From an uncultured Bacilli bacterium (GTDB lineage: Bacteria > Bacillota_I > Bacilli_A > RF39 > UBA660): a stretch of 32,000 bases of DNA. This document shows positions 19,391-24,923 of this stretch, in pieces (the first letter of the stretch is position 1; every line of letters starts with the position of its first letter). The position numbers and the translations under genes are program-made. The stretch covers positions 75,966 through 107,965 of the forward strand of contig CAKOHW010000001.1 in the NCBI GenBank assembly GCA_934086185.1, written 5' to 3'. The notes beneath the pieces are model-generated. The model was not told the origin of the DNA and did no database searches. It saw only the letters and a program-made list of their open reading frames with translations.

Positions 19391-19754
19391 AGATATAAAT
19401 TAATTTTTAAATGAAAAAACAACACTAAGTATTATGTTGTCCTTTCAAGTATTCGTGTATTATTTACGAATATTTTGTAGACAATTGCTGTCTACGTTAT
19501 TATTATGATTAGTTTTATTAAATTTATACATATTTTTATATTTTAAAATATTTATTATACTAATATTGTTTTTAACTGTATATCAATTTTTTTATTAAAT
19601 ATTTAAACATGAAAAAAACAACATAATATATTTATATTTATTTGTTATTCTTTTCATAATCTAAAAATATTAGATAATCATTAAATAACAATTAGTTAGT
19701 TAATGAATTATTTGTAGATATTATCTTATCTACATTAGTATTATGTACTAAATA

Positions 19755-20888
19755 TTAGTAATTATACTTTCTCTCTAAATCTGTTTTTAAATTTGTATTA
19801 CTCATTTTTAAGTAACCTTTATAACTACCAGAACTTCTTAAATATTTTTCATAGTCATATAAATAAAGATTATCTAATTTTTTATTAATTCTTCTAATAG
19901 TTTTATTATTATACCTTATAAGCAATTTATTATTTTTATCAATTTTAAATACATAGCCTAAAAAACTAATGCCATTATTTAATTTATATATATTAGATTT
20001 AGCATTTGTAGATAGTTTTAATTCATTTATCTTTTTTTCTATTAATTTAAAATTTTCTTTTAATTTTTCTTTATCTGTATCTATAATTAATAAATCATCC
20101 ATATACCTAATATAATATTTATATTTTAATTCATCTTTAATAAAGTGATCTACATCATTTAAATAAAATATTGCTAGTATTTGACTTGTCATATTTCCTA
20201 TTGGTAAGCCTTTATTATATTCATATAATGGAATTTCATTAATTGTTTTTATTTTTTTAGTTTTTTCATTATCACTTATGTTTAGACTTTTTATATAATT
20301 TATTTTTTCTTTTTTTAGAAATTCTATTCTTTCATTAACATATTTTTCATTAGTAGAATTAATAATTATTTTTAATAGACTTAATGCTTTTTTATCTTTT
20401 ATATATTTTTTTATTTTTTTGAATATGATTTCGTGATCAATATTATAAAAGTATTTTTTTATATCAATTTTTAATATATATATATCTTTATTTAAATATT
20501 TTAATTTATTTATATATTCTATAAATTTTTTAAAAGCGTAACTACTTCCTTTATTAATTCTGGTTGCAACATTAGTATCAATTAATTTACTTTCAAGGCA
20601 TGGTAAAAGTATATATTTACTTACTAAGTGATTTACCAATTTATCAGGAATATTTTCACTCATTATTATTCTATATTTTGGATCTCTTATCATAAATATT
20701 CTATAATAACTAAATTTATACTCGCCTTTATAAAGTTTTGTTAAAATATTAAAAATGTTAGTGTTTAAATTCAATCTAAAATTATAAACTGCCTCTTTAT
20801 TTTTACAATTTCTTTTTATTTTATGAAACATATTTAAAGCATGTTCATAAACTAATATTTCATTATATATATTATCAATTCTTTTCAT
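19755..20888 (-). CDS. DGR-type reverse transcriptase
   Basis: RT motifs are RIIMSENIPDKLVNHLV, ILKIDIKKYFYNIDH, LPIGNMTSQILAIFYLN (the DGR-diagnostic IGxxxSQ in place of the group II intron motif) and YIRYMDDLLII (YMDD). There is no maturase or endonuclease domain. It lies next to the TR/VR pair. Confidence 0.9.
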   Translation of the reverse strand: MKRIDNIYNEILVYEHALNMFHKIKRNCKNKEAVYNFRLNLNTNIFNILTKLYKGEYKFSYYRIFMIRDPKYRIIMSENIPDKLVNHLVSKYILLPCLESKLIDTNVATRINKGSSYAFKKFIEYINKLKYLNKDIYILKIDIKKYFYNIDHEIIFKKIKKYIKDKKALSLLKIIINSTNEKYVNERIEFLKKEKINYIKSLNISDNEKTKKIKTINEIPLYEYNKGLPIGNMTSQILAIFYLNDVDHFIKDELKYKYYIRYMDDLLIIDTDKEKLKENFKLIEKKINELKLSTNAKSNIYKLNNGISFLGYVFKIDKNNKLLIRYNNKTIRRINKKLDNLYLYDYEKYLRSSGSYKGYLKMSNTNLKTDLERKYNY

Positions 20889-21222
20889 CTTTATAATCTA
20901 AACTATATATAATATTTCTAATTTCACCTAACATTTTTACGCATGATAAAAATCTTTTCTTTATTATTAATTTTTTTGTAAAAATCACTTCTAAATAAAA
21001 GTCTATCATCATAATATTTGATTTTATATCATTAATATATTTTTGTCTAATGTTTCCTTTATTAATACTAACTTTTGTAGTATTTTTTATCATTTCATAA
21101 TATTCGTCTATTATTTTTGTTCTTAATTGTTTTTCATTTTTAGGAAAAGATGGCACTATATATTGTTCAAAATATACTAGGAATGCTTTTTCTTTGCCTA
21201 ATACTATAAATTTATCATTCAT
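20875..21222 (-). CDS. avd: Avd-like accessory variability determinant (small helical bundle protein)
   Basis: 115 aa, basic, with a helical heptad-like pattern. It overlaps the RT start by 14 nt, the typical Avd position immediately 5' of the RT. The assignment rests on size, position and composition, not on a strong motif. Confidence 0.6.
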   Translation of the reverse strand: MNDKFIVLGKEKAFLVYFEQYIVPSFPKNEKQLRTKIIDEYYEMIKNTTKVSINKGNIRQKYINDIKSNIMMIDFYLEVIFTKKLIIKKRFLSCVKMLGEIRNIIYSLDYKDEKN

Positions 21223-21610
21223 ACTTCTCTCTTTCTATTCTTTGAATAGTATAGTAACAAATTTATAATAATTTTTGTCAAACTTTGTCGATAATATGCT
21301 TTTTTGCGTTTAAAAGATTAAAATTCGAATCATAATTAATGTATATTTGAATTTTCGACACAAAAATATGTATTTTTAGAATAATGTATATTAATAACTT
21401 TAAATCTACAAATTAAAAACTACGTCAAATAAAAAAGATTACAATTTATAATAAATGTCTTTTCACAATAATATTACTAGCACATTTATATTTTGTAATC
21501 TAATATTTAGGTTTTAGCCAAGGAATTTTGCTTGTTTCAGGTAGGCATCTCTCCAGCATAGCACATAAGTGTTATGAGATAGCCATTAAATATTTGAAAA
21601 TATTTCTTGA

Positions 21611-21735
21611 AATTGCGGGACGGGCACCAATGTTGTTGTCATTGTTGACGTTGTTGTTGTTCAAGTTGCCATCATTGTTCACGTTGAACGCGTTGTCGTT
21701 GTTGTTGTTGAAGTTGGAGCGAGACAAAGACCAAT
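21611..21735 (-). repeat. DGR template repeat (TR), non-coding
   Basis: 125 nt, collinear with 22461-22585 (offset 850). 106 positions are identical. All 19 mismatches are T on the plus strand here, meaning A on the minus (sense) strand. In the VR frame it reads WSLSRSNFNNNNDNAFNVNNDGNLNNNNVNNDNNIGARPAI, with 18 AAY codons. The 76-aa plus-strand ORF 21528-21758 over it is spurious. Confidence 0.92.
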
Positions 21736-21835
21736 CTGTAAAGAGAAGAAAATACTAACTCACCCTAACACCAAGAAGACGACTGCCTCATTAAAGAGCA
21801 AAATCCCTAAATAAATATATAAAATATATTAATAT

Positions 21836-22210
21836 TTATTCCATTATTATTTGTTGAATTGATTTTATCAAATTCAACATTTCGTCACTTTTCATAATAT
21901 CCAAATCTTTTGACAAGATTAATTCATTTATTTTTTTTAATTTTGTTTTTTCATCAATATTATCTGGGATGATAATTTTATAATCGATGCTTTTTTGTTT
22001 TAATAATTCTTCATATTTTGCTATTGAATTTTTTGGAAAACCACATTTATCACAAAAATTTGAAAATTTGGTTAATCTAAAATCAAACATTTCATTCAGT
22101 AATATTGCATCACTATCTAATGCAATATAAAAGTTTCCACATTCAAATAGATATATCGTTGTTTCATTTTTTTCTTTTAAACTTAAATACTTATCATATA
22201 TTTTACTCAT
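21836..22210 (-). CDS. stand-alone MutS domain I (mismatch-binding domain)-like protein, DGR accessory candidate
   Basis: IYDKYLSLKEKNETTIYLFECGNFYIALDSDAILLNEMFDFRLTKF...CGFPKNSIAKYEELLKQKSIDYKII is collinear with the MutS N-terminus as I recall it (M..QYL.lK......lLfFR.GDFYE.F..DA......L.I.LT.R....PM.G.P......Y...L...G..V.I). The Phe of the F-x-E mismatch wedge is kept (NFY) and the Glu is replaced by Ile. It is only 124 aa, with no connector, clamp or ATPase domains. Confidence 0.7.
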   Translation of the reverse strand: MSKIYDKYLSLKEKNETTIYLFECGNFYIALDSDAILLNEMFDFRLTKFSNFCDKCGFPKNSIAKYEELLKQKSIDYKIIIPDNIDEKTKLKKINELILSKDLDIMKSDEMLNLIKSIQQIIME

Positions 22211-22220
22211 AAATATTTTA

Positions 22221-22252
22221 AACTTTTGTCTTCTTTAGTGAAGACAAAAGTT
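22221..22252. other. 13-bp perfect hairpin immediately 5' of the MutS-like ORF start
   Basis: aacttttgtcttc-tttagt-gaagacaaaagtt. On the minus strand it sits between an AAGGAG box (22256-22261) and the ATG at 22210, and is followed by tttaaaatattt. It could be an attenuator or terminator, or a structure that bridges the SD to the start codon. Confidence 0.5.
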
Positions 22253-22267
22253 ATTCTCCTTTAACAA

Positions 22268-22297
22268 ATTATATCACACTATCGTGCAATTTGTTAA
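22268..22297 (-). promoter_or_regulatory. candidate internal promoter for the MutS-like ORF/TR/avd/RT transcript
   Basis: Minus strand TTAACA-18 nt-TATAAT with a perfect extended -10 (TGaTATAAT, 22276-22268). It is embedded in a 10-bp AT inverted repeat (22261-22270 / 22288-22297). Confidence 0.4.
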
Positions 22298-22313
22298 CTC
22301 TTTTTATATTGTT

Positions 22314-22339
22314 GTCCTGTGGAAGGGTTTCCACAGGAC
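22314..22339. other. GC-containing 10-bp hairpin downstream of the DGR target gene
   Basis: gtcctgtgga-agggtt-tccacaggac. It is unusually GC-rich for this genome. The minus-strand side has no T-run, while the plus-strand side has tttt. Confidence 0.55.
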
Positions 22340-22365
22340 TTTTACTAGTTTGCAGTTCAATGTCC

Positions 22366-22383
22366 GTAGGACTAAAGTCCTAC
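22366..22383. other. 7-bp stem / 4-nt loop hairpin 2 nt after the target-gene stop
   Basis: gtaggac-taaa-gtcctac. It shares the gtcct/aggac core with the 22314-22339 hairpin. No T-run follows on the minus strand. Confidence 0.5.
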
Positions 22384-22385
22384 TA

Positions 22386-24260
22386 TTAACTCTCCGTTAC
22401 TTTATATGGATTTCCTATTGTTCCATCTCCACTTGCTATTTGTGCACCAGTGGCTAAAGTAACTGCGGGACGGGCACCAAAGTTGCTGTCATCGTAGACG
22501 CCGTCGTTGTTCAAGCTGCCATCATCGTTCACGCTGAACGCGAGGTCGTCGTAGTCGTCGAAGCGGGAGCGAGACAAAGACCAATAATATGATTGTGCAT
22601 TGTCATATAAATAATAGAATTTATTAGAATAACCAGCCTGTCCTCCTGCGTATGCTATTTCATCTGCTGTTAATGTTCCTATATAATCACTTATGCTGTC
22701 TTCTTCACTTGAACATTTTAATGTTGCGTTTCTTTCTACACCTTTTCCCCATAATCTTTTTCCTGCTGTGTAATAATAAGTTCCATAATCATTTTCTATC
22801 TGTGTTACTTCTGCGTCTGTTAATAACACTCCAGTTGATGAATTATATCTATAATTATCACTTCCACCTAAGCACCATTTTTCATTTTTTAATAATGATT
22901 TCTTATTTTCTAATCCACTTGATGTATACCATGCTTTTAATGTTGTATATAATCCTCCACTATAATTTTTATAATCTGCGTAATATTTGCTATTAATTGT
23001 TTTATAACCATATGCTATTGTTGCTCCATTATTTATTAAAGCTGATTTGGTATCTGATGATGTTATTGTACTACATAATCCTTCTTTGGCTAAGATTATT
23101 TTTATAGATCCATCGCCTTCAACACGTACTATTCTCCAACACATATTATTAAATTCTATGTAATTGTCTTTGACTCCACCTCTATAATAATAAGAGTCGC
23201 CATAATCATCAGTTGTTGCCGATAATGTTGCTTCTGTCGAATATGATACTGCTGACACTCTTTTTGCTTTCATTGTTATTGAACTTGTACTGCTTGCTGG
23301 TGCTGTTGTTACTTTATATATACTTGATAAATTTGTTGTTGTTTTTTGAGTATTTGTACTTGCTGAATTACTACTTGCACTTGTTGATACTATATATTTT
23401 CCTACCAATGTTGTATTACATGTTCCATCATTGTATTTACATGTTGTAACTCCTGTTAATGTGAATTTACCAGTACTTTCATCTATTGTATACCCTGTTC
23501 CATATGTCCAGTAATATCCTTGATATGTTGTTGTTATGCTTACTGAACTTTCGCTTGTTGCTTCATCTACTTGATCAGTATAATATTTATAACTTACTGC
23601 TTGTGCAGGTGTTGTTAATGGAGTTGCACTAAATGTTGTTCCATTTTTTGCTAATTTTGCATTGTTTATTATTGCATATGATAATGATGTTTGTTCATAT
23701 GGCATGAATTCTCCATTACTGTTTTTACCAAATATTTGTAATTTTGCTTGTAATACTTTTCCCATATCTACACTTTGATCTGTATTTGTATCTTTATATG
23801 TAAATTTAAATGTGTATGTATGAGTTTTTTTAGGTTCTATTTCATTTGTTATTAATTGTTTTATTCCATTTGGAAATGTTGTTTCTGTTGTTACTTCATT
23901 ACATGCTATTGTTCCATCTGTTGTGCAATTTAATGTATATTTAACATCATCTACTCTTTCAAATGTATTTATTACATCTATTAAATATACTCCATATTCT
24001 ACATTTGCATTTCCTTCGTTTTTTACTGTGAATGTTTTAGTATATACTGTATCACTTGGTAATAAGTTTTCTCCTCCAATTACTCCATCACTTCCATCGC
24101 CATATACTAATTTTAAATCTGCTGTTGTTACACTGATGCTCTTATCGTTAGTGTTTCCTTGTATTCTTGTTAAAAAGTATGCATATGTTAATCCTAACAA
24201 TGCTAATAATACTATTGTTATTCCTACTACACTAACTATGATTTTTTGTTTTCTATTCAT
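22386..24260 (-). CDS. secreted DGR target protein: SipW/TasA-type signal and N-domain, Thr/Ser-rich linker, C-terminal lectin-like VR domain
   Basis: The likely start is ATG 24260 (MNRKQK) with an aggagg SD; the track extends it to 24293. The signal region IVLLALLGLTYAYFLT resembles the SipW-dependent (TasA/camelysin-type) signal motif ..GTYAYF.. as I recall it. The middle holds S/T-rich tracts (STSASSNSASTNTQKTTTN, APASSTSS). At the C-terminus, ..LTADEIAYAGG...YYWSLS...GARPAV resembles the DUF1566/C-type-lectin-fold ends used by DGR targets. The VR is followed by a 24-aa tail (TLATGAQIASGDGTIGNPYKVTES). Confidence 0.85.
   Translation of the reverse strand: MNRKQKIIVSVVGITIVLLALLGLTYAYFLTRIQGNTNDKSISVTTADLKLVYGDGSDGVIGGENLLPSDTVYTKTFTVKNEGNANVEYGVYLIDVINTFERVDDVKYTLNCTTDGTIACNEVTTETTFPNGIKQLITNEIEPKKTHTYTFKFTYKDTNTDQSVDMGKVLQAKLQIFGKNSNGEFMPYEQTSLSYAIINNAKLAKNGTTFSATPLTTPAQAVSYKYYTDQVDEATSESSVSITTTYQGYYWTYGTGYTIDESTGKFTLTGVTTCKYNDGTCNTTLVGKYIVSTSASSNSASTNTQKTTTNLSSIYKVTTAPASSTSSITMKAKRVSAVSYSTEATLSATTDDYGDSYYYRGGVKDNYIEFNNMCWRIVRVEGDGSIKIILAKEGLCSTITSSDTKSALINNGATIAYGYKTINSKYYADYKNYSGGLYTTLKAWYTSSGLENKKSLLKNEKWCLGGSDNYRYNSSTGVLLTDAEVTQIENDYGTYYYTAGKRLWGKGVERNATLKCSSEEDSISDYIGTLTADEIAYAGGQAGYSNKFYYLYDNAQSYYWSLSRSRFDDYDDLAFSVNDDGSLNNDGVYDDSNFGARPAVTLATGAQIASGDGTIGNPYKVTES
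22461..22585 (-). repeat. DGR variable repeat (VR) inside the 3' end of the target gene
   Basis: Encodes WSLSRSRFDDYDDLAFSVNDDGSLNNDGVYDDSNFGARPAV. It differs from the TR only at TR-adenine positions: 13 A>G, 4 A>T and 2 A>C on the sense strand. The 3' end carries a GC-rich IMH-like tract, GGTGCCCGTCCCGC, identical in TR and VR. Homology stops abruptly at both ends. Confidence 0.92.
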
Positions 24261-24319
24261 ATTAACTCCTCCTAAAAAATAAAATACCAACAACTTCGTG
24301 TATTGTATTTTCTAAAATA

Positions 24320-24348
24320 ATGATACTATATTTTTCGACACATTTCAA
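24320..24348 (-). promoter_or_regulatory. candidate sigmaA promoter of the DGR target gene
   Basis: Minus strand TTGAAA-17 nt-TATCAT, ~55 nt upstream of the aggagg SD/ATG 24260. The spacer contains tgtgtcgaaaa, which recurs upstream of avd. Confidence 0.45.
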
Positions 24349-24440
24349 CATTTTTTTATTTTTTCTTTTAAATAGTGAGTTTATAGCGATTTTTAGTTTA
24401 CTTTTTCTATTTTTGTTAATATAATAGTTATAATTATTTA

Positions 24441-24461
24441 AACCAACTACTTTGTTGTTTT
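24441..24461. promoter_or_regulatory. operator-like inverted repeat, copy 1 (downstream of XRE gene, upstream of DGR target promoter)
   Basis: aaccaacTactttgttgtttt differs at 1 of 21 nt from copy 2 at 24863-24883. A ttgataat box follows at the same 11-nt spacing. The 20/21 match sits inside a looser ~50-nt similarity block. Confidence 0.4.
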
Positions 24462-24589
24462 ATTAATTATTTTGATAATTTTTTCCATAAAAAAAAGTGC
24501 AACTATGCTCCAATTGCCCTTTTTTGTGTCTAAAATGTTTAACTATTTGTTATATGGATATGTTATAATCATATTAGAACTATAAGAAA

Positions 24590-24805
24590 CTATCTTTGAC
24601 GATTAACTAGAAGTAAAGCTGGGTCTATTTTTAAACCTTTTGCAATTTTTTCTACTGTGTCAATTGTCACTTTTCTGTCAGTTCTTTCAATATCTCCAAT
24701 ATAGTTTGCACTCATCCCTGATAATTCGGCTAATCTTTCTTGAGAGATATTTAATTGTCTTCTATAATATTTCACATTTTCTTTAAATACTTGTCTTAAA
24801 GTCAT
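24590..24805 (-). CDS. XRE-family helix-turn-helix transcriptional regulator
   Basis: LNISQERLAELSGMSANYIGDIERTDRKVTIDTVEKIAKGLKIDPALLL is a classic Cro/C1-type HTH. The ATG at 24805 (MTLRQ) has GGAGG 10 nt upstream, whereas the track start at 24814 is too close to the SD. Confidence 0.8.
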   Translation of the reverse strand: MTLRQVFKENVKYYRRQLNISQERLAELSGMSANYIGDIERTDRKVTIDTVEKIAKGLKIDPALLLVNRQR

Positions 24806-24862
24806 TTTAACCATACCTCCATCTCATTAATATTATGGTATGATTTTTTTGAAATTATAACA

Positions 24863-24883
24863 ACCAACAACTTTGTTGTTTTC
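24863..24883. promoter_or_regulatory. operator-like inverted repeat, copy 2 (XRE / orphan-ORF divergent intergenic region)
   Basis: aaccaacAactttgttgtttt contains aacaac-ttt-gttgtt (6-bp arms). It is followed by an extended -10-like tTGaTAATAT (24892-24901) facing the plus-strand ORF at 24924. Confidence 0.4.
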
Positions 24884-24923
24884 GGCAAAAAATTGATAAT
24901 ATTTATAAGGAGTTGAGTAAAAA

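Larger units (their letters stand above)
19755..24260 (-). mobile_element. diversity-generating retroelement cassette (target/VR - MutS-like ORF - TR - avd - RT)
   Basis: All components are co-oriented on the minus strand. See the individual features and findings. Confidence 0.9.

Noticed and set aside
19405-19752. A possible CRISPR array, or att-site pair, in the RT-polC spacer.
   Set aside because: There are only two diverged copies of unequal length, with no regular repeat-spacer periodicity. Both copies lie on the same side of the DGR, so they cannot be attL/attR of that insertion. It is kept as a low-interest finding instead.
19755-20888. The RT as a group II intron, retron or abortive-infection RT.
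   Set aside because: There is no maturase X or endonuclease domain, and I saw no obvious flanking intron RNA domains. The motif-4 sequence is IGNMTSQ, which is DGR-type. An adjacent TR/VR pair with adenine-only differences is present. No retron-style msr/msd inverted repeats were apparent next to it.
21248-21281. A TTGACA box (minus strand, 21281-21276) as the avd promoter.
   Set aside because: The only good -10 hexamer (TATACT) is 22 nt away, and the hexamer at 17-nt spacing (GTTACT) is poor. This is not convincing enough to list as a feature.
21528-21758. 76-aa plus-strand ORF (…LLSLLTLLLFKLPSLFTLNALSLLLLKLE…) from the ORF track.
   Set aside because: It is the antisense read-through of the DGR template repeat, where the AAC-rich sense strand gives a GTT/TTG-rich antisense strand. 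It has no SD and a low-complexity Leu-rich product. The region is better explained as non-coding TR RNA.
21611-22585. The TR/VR similarity as an ordinary segmental duplication or recombination repeat.
   Set aside because: Random divergence would hit all four bases. Here 19 of 19 differences fall on TR adenines and 0 on the other 82 positions. In addition, one copy is in frame in a gene while the other is intergenic.
22652-24282. Three plus-strand ORFs (22652-22996, 23213-23449, 23923-24282) inside the DGR target gene.
   Set aside because: These are shadow ORFs antisense to a well-supported long CDS, with Leu/Phe/Ile-rich nonsense composition. The same reasoning applies to the other short opposite-strand ORFs in the track: 1762, 5809, 6180, 8859, 11063, 12952, 17972, 26157, 26866, 28604, 29102, 29768, 31491 and 31574.
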